Origin: Peribolospora baueri
Lineage: Eukaryota
Direction: 5' to 3'
Assembly (NCBI GenBank): GCA_029717555.1
Contig: JAMDHS010000005.1
Coordinates: 310,001 to 374,000, forward strand
Length of the DNA stretch: 64,000 nucleotides
Program-made: the position numbers and the translations under genes
Notes under the pieces: generated by a model
The model's database searches: none
Told to the model about the DNA's origin: nothing
The model's input: the letters and a program-made list of their open reading frames with translations, nothing else
In this document: one piece after another, positions 34,661 through 47,830 of the stretch
Position numbering within the stretch: position 1 is the first letter of the stretch
How the letters are laid out: the number at the start of each line of letters is the position of its first letter

Positions 34661-35295
34661 TCAATTGGAACCAGCACACGAACCCGAGCTGCCAGTGCTC
34701 GCTGCACCGCTGTTGGCCGGCTGAGCAGCACTGCTTGCAGCCGCGGGCGCGGCAGCAGCAGAAGCGGAAGAGGCCGCGCCGACGCCGGCGGAAGACCCAG
34801 AAGAAGCTACGCCGGTGCCACCGGTAGCTCCAGTGGCGGCGATGCGGGCCTGGGCGTCCTGGGCGGTGTCGCAAGTGATCGACGTGCCAGCCTTGTTGAC
34901 GAGCGGCAGGGCGAAGCACTGCGTGCCACCCGCGCAGGCCGTCATGGCGAACTTTCCGCCCATACATTGGGCGAAGGAGCCTTGAACGCAGGCTTGCTGA
35001 TTGTCTGTAGGATGAAGCGCGGTAAAGATGAGCGCGCGAGTGCCGTCGCTCGTTGGCCTGGTCAGCAGAGGTTCTTAAGGAACTAGGACGGCGGGGCGAC
35101 AGACTCACTGGTGCAAGGGCTATTCGCAGTAAACGAAGCGAACTGGCTGTTCATCTGCTGCGCCTGCTGGCCGTTGCTGAGAAGTGTCGCGGCATCAACA
35201 GCACGTTTGGCATTGAGCTGGGGGGCAAGACCGTAGGCCGAGGAGGCGTGCAGCGCGATGACCAGGGAGAGCAAGGGGAGAAGGAAGGAGCGCAT
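34661..35295 (-). CDS. Small secreted Cys-rich protein (CBM19-like fungal domain) with Ala/Ser/Gly tail; 2 exons
   Basis: Signal peptide MRSFLLPLLSLVIALHASSAYG, a KR dibasic site, then NGQQAQQMNSQF..CT|NNQQACVQGSFAQC..CAGGTQCFALPLVNKAGTSITCDT..DAQARIA. Intron at ~35010-35109. Confidence 0.85.
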
Positions 35296-35478
35296 TCTGT
35301 TTGCTAAAGGTCGCAGACCGCTGAGAAGGGAAGCAAGTGAACGTCGAAAGGGAAAACCTGTCCCTTGCTAAGGAGATGAAGAGAAAACCTGACGAGAGAG
35401 CGTGAGGAAGGGCAAATTGGAGGCGATTCGGTGATGGTGGGGAGAGTTTTCCCGTTCTCCATCCCTCCCTGAGACCCC

Positions 35479-35484
35479 TTTATA
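35479..35484 (-). promoter_or_regulatory. TATA box of the secreted CBM19-like gene
   Basis: TATAAAGGGG on the minus strand about 185 nt upstream of the ATG at 35295. Confidence 0.55.
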
Positions 35485-36247
35485 CGCGTGAGGCGGCATC
35501 CCAAAGGTCGACTGCTCCTCGTCGTTGGACAAAGGTATTGCTTCAGCCTCGCACCCATCGTTGGTTACACGCCTCTTCCGCCCACGAGCGTCTCCCACGC
35601 TTACAGTGGTCTTTTGAACGAGCGATGCTGTCCGCTATTCAATAGAAGGAGAGTCAGGAGGCCGGGTGTGGTGGAAGGGGAAATTGACTAAGTGAGCCCA
35701 GTAGGTTCGTCGGAAGGGCACGGAATAATTAAAAACATCCCCAGCCTCGTGACTGCAAAGCGGGCCGCAACGACAGGGGGGCCATGTGGCGCCAAAGAAT
35801 GGGAGCGGGCGTTGGTAATGTGGTTGTCGGATGGTGGGCCGTAATTGTGAGAGTGAGTAATGGCTGACTGCGTGGAGGCCGCCGGCGTTCGTGTGCACCC
35901 GGCTACCATAGCGACGCCGCGACGCCGAAGGTTCGCGGTAAATATAGAGAACCCGAGAGAATGGTAGGTAAGCAGGAGGCGCAGTAAAGGGCCGCATTGA
36001 GACCGCCGTTCAAGAAGGGCTCGGCGAATATGAAATGAACATGACGGTGAGGTGCGAATCTCGTTTACCAAGGATGGCCCACACCGGCCTTCCTCGCAAT
36101 ATACCAGCTGTGTCTCCTCCATATGTGTGACACGACTGCGGTAACCACTCAGCTCAACCGCCGCAGCGTCGATCCAAGTCGGCGATCGCACCTAGCACTG
36201 AACACCCACGACTGTTATCCTCTCGATACTTCCCACCACTGAAAGCC

Positions 36248-37830
36248 ATGGCCCGCGCAGCCTGGCCCAGTTTCTCACAGCTCCCCGTCACACCAACACG
36301 ACCAGCCCCTTCCCCTCTACAGCTCTCCGTCACCACCGGTGTCAGTCAGCTTACCTCCCATTCGGCGCTCACAGGCGCAGGTGCACCGCCTCCAACATCT
36401 CCCAATTCGCGGTCCAAACAGGCCGAGGCTTTTCCCATCCGTTCGTCCGTGCCTTCGCATTTTCTGGACGAAGATGTGACCGCTCAGTACGTGGACAAGC
36501 TTGTGGCCTATACGATTGCTAGGATAGGCGGCCGGACTGCCAAGGTCGACGATGAACGCGAGGAGGGGACGCGGCATCAGAAGCGAGGGCAGCAGGGGTT
36601 TGAGGGCGCGACTGCAAGCGCCATGCTCGAGATGCGGACCCTGGTGCTGCAGTGTGAGTCTGCGGGCGTTGGTAGAGCTACTCTCCTTTATTTGAGCTAA
36701 ACCCGGTCTCATTGCTCTGTCTATCCATATCTCCTGTCCCTCGTTACCCAACCCCAGATCTCCAAGCCATATACGCACGCGCTCACGCGTTCGCCGAACA
36801 CGCTGCTCGCATCAAACCAGGCGCTCCGGACCTGATTGCTGCTCTGGACGAGCAAGGCGTTGGAGTGGAGGAGCTGAAGACATTCTGCAAGGAGGAGAGG
36901 ATGCGGCGGCGGAAGCGGAAGAGGGTCAGAGGAGACGGCGAAGGGGGTAAAAAGGAGACTGTCTGGGAACAACGTCTAGCCAGTGTGGAGATACCATTTG
37001 CGATGCCGCCGCTTCCTTCCTCCTCGACCGCCGGCTCTTCTCGGGTGGACCCTTCGACGAGCTTCCTTCCTTCGGGCTCCTCATCAGAAGATTCCGAGGC
37101 GGACGCCCCAGGCGAGGACGATCCATCGGCTCCAGCGGCAACGGGAAGACATACGCGTGTGGATGCAGAGACGGAGCGGCGGCGGAAGGCACGGGAAGCG
37201 AGGCGAAAGGAAAAAGAGAGGAGGAAGGAGAGGGAGAGGATGCTGAGGGAGAGCATGCCCTCCTGGGCACCGAGATTGCCGAGCAAGCATGCGTGGAGGG
37301 AGACCCCGGTGAGCAGGCTACCTTTTCTCGCTATATTGCTTCTGGACGAACCGGAAAAATTGACGCACTTTCGTTTCGTTTCCCTTCGGTTTGACCCGAC
37401 CCGCTCCTGGTACTTCTCGTGCTACTCTCTCCCTGTCCAGTCTTATCCGCTTCCGCTCTCGTCCAAGCTTACTCCACTCTCCTTCCTCGATCTCAAACTG
37501 CGTAACAGGCGTCTCGTAGAAGGCTCCCTTCGCAACCTCATCCACGCCACCGATCTAGCCGCCTCCGATGTCACTCCTTCCTCTCGGTCGCCCACCACTG
37601 CCTTCCTATCTTTTACTCCCGCGCCTCCCCTTCCTCCCGAGTCGGATTCCCTCGATCACATGGACGTCGCTAGTCCAGAGGAGGAGACGGACAAGGTGGG
37701 CAAGACAAGGCAGCAAAAGGAAGGAAGGATTTCCCTACGCATTGGCCAGCCCAAGCCCCCTTCCCCAGCGTCGATATCGCCGTCGCCATCACTGGTGAAG
37801 GGCGGTCAGCTCGCCTTCTCGAATGCCTGA
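36248..37830 (+). CDS. TAF8: TFIID subunit 8-like protein (bromodomain-associated histone fold plus TAF8 C-terminal motif); 3 exons
   Basis: QGFEGATASAMLEM..LVLQ|YLQAIYARAHAFAEHAARIKPGAPDLIAALDEQGVGVEEL is the histone fold. MPSWAPRLPSKHAWRETP|SYP is the TAF8 PxxxPxxPxxHxxxxTP motif, followed by LRNRRLVEGSLRNL. Confidence 0.8.
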
Positions 37831-38773
37831 GAGCATGTATGCGGAAGTCTCTTCCTTGCCATACCGTGCCTCCTTCCCTCACGTAGGCTACGTTTGGCTT
37901 GTGTCTATTGCGAAACTGCTCGTCATCGCCGATTCGTTTTAGTGCCGGTCGTTCGGCAAGAGTTTTAGACCGTTCGACAAGTTCGAAATATTATTGATCA
38001 CAGACCAAGGATGAAGTGCTATGACGAGGTCGAAAGACAAGAGCCGGAATATGAAAGCACACACAAAGGGCAAGAAGACGGGACCTCACCTCAGCCTCGG
38101 CCCCTTCGCCCATTATCACCTTGCAAATGGAAACCTGCCTTGGCGGTGACCCCTACTTTGTCTTACTTTTCTCTCCATCCCACCGTCCCCCTTGGTCGCT
38201 CCTTCCCCCTCTCCGTCCCTTGTCCCTTTCCTCGTCACCCGTCTCTCCCCTTCTGCTCCATCTTTTTGGCGTCCGCCGTCGGAAACAGTCAAGCGTGCAG
38301 ATTCGTATCGTTCAGCGGAAACACGGAAAACATCGTGATATCAAATGTCCATCGACCGCCTAGAATGGTATTACAAGCAAACGAAACGCATACTCCCCGG
38401 GGGAGCCACACGACAAAAAGCTTTCCGTATTGACCCCGTCCCGAGTTCGAGAGAGCCGTTCCTAGTCCGTCCGTCCGGCCCAACTCCGCGGACAAAAGAC
38501 GTTCGGCAAGTTGAGCCAAAAACGCTCCTGCGAATGAATGGCCTTTTCACCGCCTTTGGAGAAGAACACAGCGGAGGATTTCCGCCAGGCGATAGAGACC
38601 TTGCTACGAGTCTGCCGAGCCATCTTCGCTCGTCGCTCGTTGGAGACAGGGGCCACGTTAAGCGATGGTCGTCGCCCTCGCGGACGACGCTGGCGTCTTG
38701 CAGCACGCCGCGCCCGTCTCCCACTCCTGCTTCGTTCCCGTTAGGAATGGAGAAAGGACCTCGGAGGCCCCCT

Positions 38774-41700
38774 TCATGTCGTCCCATCCCTGGACACCGC
38801 CCCATCGGTCCCATCGCCTACGATAACACCGGCGTCGGCGTCCACTGCGCCAGCGTCACTCGACGCCCCCCAAACAGGCCCCTCCGCCTCCGCCTTCGGG
38901 TCTTCTTCCTGCGCCTTCGCCTTCTCCACCACCTCCTTTCGCGCCACCCTACACTCCCTCGAACAAAACGCTAGTCCGTCCCGCGTCCTCGGCGCGTTCA
39001 CCACCGTCCGATCGCAGACAGCGCAGCGAGACACTACGGCTAGTCGGGACGAAGCTTCAGCGGCTGCTAGGGCTGGGTCGAGCGACGTCGTGGACGCGGG
39101 CGTCCGTGCTGTCCGCGTCTCTGGCGTTGGCCGAGTGGGAGGTTGCGGAGGCAACGGTGGGACGCCATCGTCATTTACGACGGCAGCTTGAGACGTAGAC
39201 GCGACGGGAGAGGCTGCCTCGGTCGAATTGACACTCTCGAACGCCTCTCGGACAGAAGGACGGGCCGCGATCTGTGCTGGTTGGTTCGTCTTCCAAACCT
39301 TGGAGATGGAGTCGAGTATAGACGTCCGACGAGATCGAGCGTGGGCGTCTCCGGCGAGCGCCCCGTCGCCCGTTCCGACCGCGTTCGCCTTGTCCAGCTT
39401 GTGAGATGATCGGTGAGCCGGCAAGGTTGGCAGAGGGACCTCTGGTCCCAACTTGGACCGAGACCGAGACAACGCCCTTGTCAACCCGGGAGCGAGGAGA
39501 ACGTCCTCAGTGACGCCGTGCACGAGAGCAACGCCCGACGGTTCCTCTCCTTCCGCAATGGCTCCCGCCTCCGCTTCCACTATACCCTGCGATGCGCCTC
39601 TGCGCTGCCCATTGCTTGCCGCGCCTCGACTCCTCGCGGGCTGTTCGAACGTTCCGAACAGCGACTTTGCCCTCCTCCGACTTCCACCCTGCCCCTCCCC
39701 GGCAGCGACCTGCATGAGGTACTCTCTCGCCCGTTCCGAACCGACCCTTGCACCACCGGCGGCGCGCAAACTCGCTTGAGCCTGAGCGTGCCTCCGGAGC
39801 GAATCGGAAGCCGACGGACGATGTCTTACCGTCTTGCCCCGTCCCGCTGGGCCGTCTGAGCTAGAAGACGCTTCCGCAGAGCCATGAACAGAAGGTATTT
39901 CGGCAAATACGCCCACCGTCCTCACTTCGCCCATGCTGTACTCCGCCTTCGTGCTGTCATGTGCTACAGCTAGCGGACGCGGACGGGCGGGGATGAGGAG
40001 CGATGGGGAGCACGAGACGATCGAGGTGATGGAGCGCGCGGCACTTGAAAAGTGAGACGCTTGCGACAGGGTTCGTGCACGGGTAGCCGCTGATAGGTCC
40101 ACGGTTGACGACGGAGTGCTGAGGTGAGTCTTTGAAGGGTCTGAATGGTTCGACGGTCCAGCGGCGTCGCTGCTGGGGAAGGGAACACCTTCTGCTCGTC
40201 CGTCATCCGTGGACGAGCTAGAAAGAGAGCCGGCGGGACGAGGCAATGAAGGCCGCCTGCTCTCCGCGTGTGCAATCTCGGCTTGCTTCCCTCGCCCTTG
40301 CTTTCTGCCGTCACTCCTTCGCTCCCCTCCAGCGCCCCGGCTCCCGGACTGCAGCTTTGGCGCAGAGACGCGCGAAGAAGGCTTTGGCCAGAGCGCAAAC
40401 TCCTCCTTCCACCGCTTCACCTGCTCATCCTCCTCGCGTTCCATCTCAGGTGAGGAAGACTCCACCGAAGTAGGAGCAGTCGTGCCGGCTTTGGAATGAG
40501 CCCTAGAAGATGACGACGAGGGCGTCCCACTCCGAGCCGCGCTGCTGCCATCGTCACCCACGCCAACGGCGGACGAACGGCGAAGTTGAGGGAAGGCCAA
40601 GTCGCTGCCGACTGACGTTGGCGAACTGGCCCAAGCGTGGATTCGTTCAGAGCCGGCACCGCTCGTGCCATCGAGTGCATCGGCCGAAGGTCCAACTTGT
40701 CCATCCCATCGTTTGTCCGCCTCCAGCTTGACGACTCTCTCCCTCGCCCTCTGCACCAGCTCGTCGGCTCCTTCGTGCCCCGTCTCGCCCAATTCGGCGC
40801 AGAGCCTCCAGTATCGCTCGGCCTGCTGTCCATGTGCAGACGCATTGTCGAACGAGAACGGGCCACGACCGGTAGGGTCCCCAGAGGAGAGAGGCGACGA
40901 GCGGTATGGCGCAGCGGAAGAGTCCCGCCAGTGCACGGCGGCAAGGAGGTAGTAAAGGTGCACGAGCGTCCGAATGCGCGTGAGCTTACCTTCATCCCTC
41001 TCACCACCGGAAGACGATGCGCATTTCTCTTCAACTCCTTCCGCCTCCGCCGCGAGTGGGGATGAAGCGAGAATGCTGGTAGCGAAGCGAGCGCCCAGTC
41101 TCCAGACGTTGGATCCTTTTCTGGAAGGCGAAGACGCTGATGGTAAGGGAGAATTACGTCCGCCCCCCTCCGCCCACCGCGAGGTGGTAGCATCGCCGAA
41201 CAGAAGCGACTCAGCTGGCCTGTCCAGGACGCGCGGAAGAATCGAGGGCGGATCGCCGTAACGTATCCGCCCATAGCGATAGAGTGACGTGAGACCTGCG
41301 ACCAGCTCGAGCGTGCGCTGCGGGTTCGGAAAGTCCGTCTGCGCTAAGGCCAGCGGCGCGGGCGCGACGGACAGCTTTGACGACACGCCGGCGCCCTCAC
41401 CCTCGTTCGAATTCACGTCATCCTCCTCTTCGATCGTCGTGCCCTCTAAAATAACGCCTGCACGCTTCCCCTCCTCGATTGCCAGTCCGGTAAGGAAATA
41501 CTCTCCCGCTCTGGTCGCATCCTGCTCCACGAGTAACCGAGTGCCCCGCTTTGAGCCGCGGAAATACATCTGGGCGAGGTTGAGCGCGGCGGAGGAGGAG
41601 CCTAGGGAAGTTGCGAGCATGAGGGAGGACACGGCGAGGACGTAGTTGTGCGTGATGAGGGCGGACTGTGAGCGACGGAAGAGAAAGCGACAGGTGTCGA

Positions 41701-42199
41701 AGAGAGACGTGGCACGGAGACACCCGAGTGAGACAGAGTCGAGAATCCTCACTCAGAACGTACGAGTATGCTATCAAAGTCGCCGTTCACGCACCTGGGC
41801 TTCCCAAAGTAGCTCGTCGATGCGCTCGAGATCCATGAAAGACGGCGGAAACCTTTCACGAGAAGAGCTGTCTCGTCTTTCTCCGAAAGCGTCCACGTCG
41901 GGGCCCCGTGTCTGTGCCTCGCCCTCCGCACTGACCCCATCCAACGAGGCATGCCTGGTCGCCTCGAGCCCCTCAGAACTCTTCTGCCTTGCCATCAGTC
42001 CCGTTCGCATTTGATCATGAACAAAGAGGGTAGGGTTATGAGGCGGAAACAGGAGGGTGGACGTTCCAGAAGTGTGGTAGTACTGACGGCTTGCCGTCGA
42101 GCCCAGATGGGTAGGCGTCAGCGGACCTGAGGGTGCGCCGTTGAAGGAGGTGCGGGCAGAGGAGGGAGAAGGATGAGGGCGGACGGGCGAGGAAAACAT
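38774..42199 (-). CDS. Uncharacterised ~1,100-aa protein: Sel1/TPR-like helical N-region, long disordered middle, C-terminal Cys4 zinc finger; 2 exons
   Basis: MFSSPVRP...IDELLWEAQ|SALITHNY...AALNLAQMYFRG...DATRAGEYF...AERYWRLCAELG; C-terminal SLDPALAAAEASSRL...CAVC...FCSRECR. The second exon is one long open frame. Confidence 0.82.
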
Positions 42200-42666
42200 G
42201 GCGACAGCAAAGAGAATAGATGAATGATGCTGTTGGGAAAAGAGTCCGCGTCCACAGCCGCGTCGCGGTTGCGTTTGAGGACGGGGAGCGTCCCAACACG
42301 TCAAGAGATCGCGACCTTGGCAGACGAGGCTCTGGTGACAAGCTGGAAGCCGGAGACGAAGCAAGTCGAGGCCGGGCAAGAGGAGAAGGAGGAGGAGAGG
42401 AGGGACGTTCGGGAGCGGTGGTGGGAGGTAGGTGAGTAAACAAAGTCGATCTCTCCGTCCGTCAGTGGCTGTTATCTTCCAACTGCGACCGACGCCTTAT
42501 TAGGGCCGCCGACATCAAGAGCGATCGAGGCTGTTTGCTGCGGCATCCGCTCGGAAGGAGTGCTCGTCCGCGACCTGGGACGGATGATGAGCTGCTTATG
42601 ACCTCTCCATAGATCTTGCCCGCCGTTACGACCGCGCACACAACGCATGCTCTTGTCCCCAGCGAC

Positions 42667-43824
42667 ATGTCTTTTACGACCTCCTTTCGAAGAAATTGGC
42701 CGCTGGCCAAAATGTCGCTCGTGAGGACGACGCAGGTGAGCGTCCATGCGTGTGTGCCTGCGAGCAACCGAGGTTGCTGTGGTGGCTTCCCTCGCACCAG
42801 GTCTCGATCCGTGTCCTGCTTTCTACATATCTCAAATGAGCCCGCGCTCAATCCTGGCGGCTTCTGGACCGTTTCTTTTTGGTCTTCCTCAGATCCTCTG
42901 CTTCATCCACGCCGTCAATGAGACTGTCTTCGAGGTCCGATTTGTGAGCGAGCGAAGCGTTACTGGTTACCGTCATCCTTCTCTCACGCCTTCTCGCGAC
43001 CCCCTCATCGTTCGCTCCACCACCTCTACTTCCCATATCTGCCCTCCCTAAGACCACTGGCGCCTCGATGCTCCCCACCCTCTCCAGCGAGGGCGACCTC
43101 GTCATACACGAACGCCTTTCCTTCTCTTCCTTCTACCTCAACCTCCGCGCCCGCCTCTCCTCCCTCTTCTCCTCCCCCTTTGCAGATTCCGCCTTGACGC
43201 AGGACGCACAAGCAGACGCCCTGGCGGCTCGCAAACGTGCAAAACTTTTCGGTACCTATCCTTCCACGACGCCTCCTCCGGACCTCAAGCTCGGAGACCT
43301 GGTAGTCTCTCTGAGCCCTCTAGATCCGAACAAGACGGTGTGCAAGCGTGTGATGGGCCTGCCCGGCGACGTCGTGTGCGTCGATCCGAGAGGACGATGG
43401 GCGGGCGGCTACGGGGCCGACGGGAGCTTGCGCAAGGGGAGGGGGAGGCCCGGCGGGATAGAGTATGGCGAGGGGTGGAGGTCCACAGCGAACGTGTCCT
43501 CTTCCCCTCCCTTGTCTTCACCGGCCACGCTTGGGATGGAAAACGATGATGACGACGTGGAGTACATTGTCGTGCCTCAAGGTCATGTCTGGTTGCAGGG
43601 AGACAACCTGTCCAACTCGACCGACTCGAGGTACTATGGCCCCGTTCCGCTCGGCTTGCTCAGAGGCAAGGTGTTGGCTAGGGTTAGTCTCGTCTCCTCC
43701 ACGAATCTTTTCGAGTGCAGTACGCGCGCGTGCGCTGACTGTCTGTCTCCTCTTTCTTTTCCCGTGGCTCTAGGTATGGCCGTGGCCCCCCATGTGGCTC
43801 GGCAACACCATGCGCGACTCCTAA
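42667..43824 (+). CDS. IMP1: Mitochondrial inner membrane peptidase subunit 1 (S26 family); 4 exons
   Basis: GASMLPTL (catalytic Ser), GDLVVSLSPLDPNKTVCKRVMGLPGD (catalytic Lys), VPQGHVWLQGDNLSNSTDSRYYGPVPLGLLRGKV, ending VWPWPPMWLGNTMRDS*. Confidence 0.92.
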
Positions 43825-44155
43825 AGGAAGAACGAGCGCGTCAAGGACTCCCCCTGTCGCGTCCAACTCGTGTCCACCACACCCATTCGGCCCTTTTCGC
43901 TCTGTAGTCTAGACTTTTGCATCGCATGGATCTGCTAGAAGTTCCTTCCGAGTACTGCAACTCTATCCATCGTCCTCATTGGACCAAGCTTATTCCCTCC
44001 TTGTACATTTCTTCTGTTCTCTGCCTGGCCCCCGTGTCAGTCCCACGGGCACAGGAAAGAGGGGTGGGGTGGGGTGGCCCGGGAATGCCCGATAAGAGAT
44101 AGCTTCGAAAGCCCATGTCTGCACGGCCATCACGCCCAACCTTCGCTGAACTCGC

Positions 44156-45725
44156 TCATTCCATCCTCGCCTTCTTGACCTCCTTCCTCTCTCCTTCTTC
44201 GCCATCCATGCCGCCACCGTACCCGGCCTTCCTCAATACCTCCAAAAGCGGCGCTCGCTCTCCCAATGAGTACCCGAGCGTGCGGCGAGAAAAGTCGATA
44301 CCGAGCTCGAGCTGGTCTATGACGTCTTCGAGCAGGTGTGCTTGGCCGACTGAGAGGCCTGGGTGGGAAGTGTAGTCCGCGGAGGTGATATGGACGTGGA
44401 GGTGGCTAGACGATATTAGGCGGGAAGGTGAAGACGAGCGTCAATTGGCCAAGCACACCTCAAACGAAGCAGAGAAGAATCCAAAACTCACTAGTAGCTG
44501 GGTTGATAGTGCAAGAAGCACCTCACCTTACCCTCCTTGCTCAATCCATACTTCTCCCTAGCCACCTTCTCGGCCGCCGCCTTGATTTTGCGCAACAGCT
44601 CGACGTGGTCGGGATTGCCGTCCGCGGAACGGAGGTCACGGATCGAGCGGAGGGACGTGTCATGGACGATGGCGATCATGTACAGTGAGGCGAGCGTGCG
44701 CTGGTCCCATTTGCTGCGTGGCGATCGTCCCGACATGAAGCGGTCAGAGTAGGCACACGGCACACGGCGGGGTGGGGTGGAGAGTGGTCAATGATGAGCC
44801 GCCATCACAGCAACGAGAAGAGCGCTCCACACACAGGGACTCACAGGTCTGGGAGAATTATAAAGCCTGTCTTTGGGTCGGAATCTTCGTAGGCGATCCT
44901 GTCTGCCTCTTTCTTCTTCTCCAAGATATTGACGACCCTACTCGCCCGGCGTCAATGAAGGCGGAGACGATCGGATTCCGTCGGATCGTGATGGTGACGA
45001 GCATGATGAGCATGTGCAATACGCCGTTGACGGCGAAGGTAAGCGACTGCTCACCATCTCGTCCGTTCCTCCGGTATAGCCTCGATCCAAGGTCGCACCA
45101 CTTTGTCGTACATCTCCGGCGTCTCGTACATCATCGTTCGCGCCTGCATCGAATACTTTAAGATGTGCTGTCAAGTTCAAATTACGAGTTTCGTCAATAC
45201 TCCGCACCCTTGCGGGCGCTGGCCAAGCTGACTTCGATTCGCGACGGCCGGAATGCTCACCGTTTCAGTGCAAGGTTTGATCAATGTCATCTTCGCATCC
45301 GGTGCCTTTCCTTTTCCCTCGGCCAACTCCTCTCCCTCTCCAAACCACCCTAGGATCCAGGTATAAATGTCGTTTTGTCCCAAGGAAGAAAGCTTCTCGA
45401 AGCCCGAAGACGCGAGGGTATGGTAGGTCGCCGCCGAGAAGTGCGTCTTTTCGACGAGGAGGATAGCTGGAGTGCGGTCCGACGAGGAGGAGCTGGGAAA
45501 GGAGCCGAGAAGAGCAGCAGAACGAGTGCGAGTGTCTACGGGCATAGCGGGGAAAGGGGGGGCATCAATGCCTTGGCTTGATCGTCTACACCTCCCAAGC
45601 ACACAAGTCTGCCCTGCCTTCGTTCTAGTCCTCTCACCTTCGCTCAAGAGCCTCTCAAACGCAAAGCCACTCAACACGTCCAAGGAGACGGGCACGCCCG
45701 CCTCATCCGCTGCAACGTTGTCCAT
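44156..45725 (-). CDS. DCS1: Scavenger mRNA decapping enzyme DcpS (HIT family); 6 exons
   Basis: [76 protein letters not shown] (HIT triad), [10 protein letters not shown]. Confidence 0.95.
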
Positions 45726-47830
45726 ACTGACGCATTCGGAAAGATGGTTTCTCGTGCGATGAGACCGAGCGGGATGGCGGAGGGGGCCAGGTCGTGTGCT
45801 TGTTGGGCCGCGATCGATGGGTGCGCACACGACGGACGACGTGACATTCGCACGCTCGGAGGGAGAGGGGAGTCGGCCCCGGTTAAGACCTGCCAGCCAT
45901 CTTTTTCTATCTATCTCCCTTCCTCCTCGTTCGTTCGGGCTCGGCAATGCCGTTCGTTCCTCCTTGCCTTGACGGTGGCGTGCGTGTCTCTTTCGTGGGA
46001 AGGGAATGGCAGGCGACCGTGACACGGTGACGGTGGCTCACTATGCCTATCCCTCCTTCTCGCCTCGCGTTCCCATTCTCCCACTCACTTGGATCGGTCG
46101 GTTGGGCAGAAATGGAAGAGGAGAAGGGGGGCGGTGTGGGGCCATGTGGACCTACACACATCTACATTTACACACATACGGAGAAAAAAAAAGGGTTGGG
46201 CGCCATCGTTGCTTTGCAGAGATAGATATGAAACGATAATCATTACGCTCGGACGACGACGGCCATCGTCGGGATTCCCATGCATGTCGGACACGTGCGT
46301 CGAAGCTACGGGAGGGAGGAGGAGTGCAGTGCGCTTGCCCGTGCGACGATGCTGTAATGTACGTGCAAACGCCCTCTGGCAGCGGCGTCGTCGAGCCGCT
46401 CCGCTCGGGTGCTCGCTCCCTGCCGGGTGCGAGCCAACGAACGAAGTAACGAACAAGGACGACGCCGGGGCCGGCAAGGATTCGAGGCAGGAGCGAGTGG
46501 ACGACGGAGGGAGGGCGGCTGCTTGTCGGTTACGTGCGCGCATCCCGTCGCCCTTTCTTTCTTCCTTCCTTCCTGCTTCTTTGCTTCCCTTCCGTCCATG
46601 TTTGTTCGACGGCCGGTACGCGGGTCTGATGCCAGGGGCGAATGAATGTACGAGGGAGGAGGGGGCACTTTGCCATCGTCCCTTGCTGCCCGTGTCTGAC
46701 CTGACTGACCTGACCTGATTGACCTCACCGACCTGACTGGACGGATGGAACAGATCACCCATCGGACGGAGTCCGCCCGTGCCTTAATTTGGCCCGCCAA
46801 AAGGGGGCGGTGGTTGCTTTGGTGGATGGTGATTCGTCGCCGTTCGTCGCGTCGCTCGCTCGCTCGCTGTTGGTTCGCCCGTGCGAGCTGCACTCGCTCT
46901 AAGTGCGAGCTTGCGTGCAGCAAGCTCTAAGCGCGAAAGCTGCGTACATAACCATACATACATACGTACATACACACGTACGTAAAGGCTTGGTTAGAGA
47001 GTTAGCGTTTGGACAGCTCGGGCCGACAGAAGCGAAGCGAATTACAGTAGCGGTGCAGTAACCACTTTGCTAGCCTCCTCCACCTTCTCGTCCGTCCGAG
47101 CGAGCCAGCGCACCAGCGAACCAGCCAGCCGGTCGGCCACGGCGTCGCTCGTATGCGTCCACGTATCGCATCGTCTCGCCTCGTCATCGCTATCGCCATC
47201 AATCCCTGCCCGCCACCTCGTCTTCTTCTCCGTCCCTCCTTTCTTCTCACCCCTCCTCCTCCTTTCTCCTTCGCTGCCGCCCCTTGGTGCGCGGCACGAC
47301 GAGGACGACAAGCAAAGCACCCTCTCTCCCATCGAGGTCTCGACCGTCGCCGATTCGCTTCCCAGGCTTGGCTTATTTCTCGTGGCGACCACGCACGCCG
47401 TCCGTCATCATCGTCCGCCTCCCTTTTTTTTTTACCTTCCTTTTTTCATTTTCATTAATCTCTTCCATCGAAGCCTGTTTTGTCTGGCCCTGTCCGGCCC
47501 CGTCGTAGACCACAGTTAGTCCCTCCATCACGTTCGTTCGTTCGCCCCGCCTCCTCTCGTCCCCTCTCCCTCCTCCTTCTTCCACTCCTCCCGCCCCCGA
47601 GCTTGCTCTTGCTCTTGCTCGGAGCGAGGAAAGCCATCTTCTCCTTTCTCATCCACCACCACGTCCGCCTCGGCCACTACCCGTTTCTCGTCCCCTCTCT
47701 TCTTCGCTCCCACTCTCCCTCCAGCCGCCTTCTCTTTTCGTTTTTTGTTTTCGCCTCTCTTCCTCTCCCACCCGTCTCGCCCGTTCACCACGGTCCACGG
47801 TCCTGACAAGGTCTGTCACCGGAAACCAAG

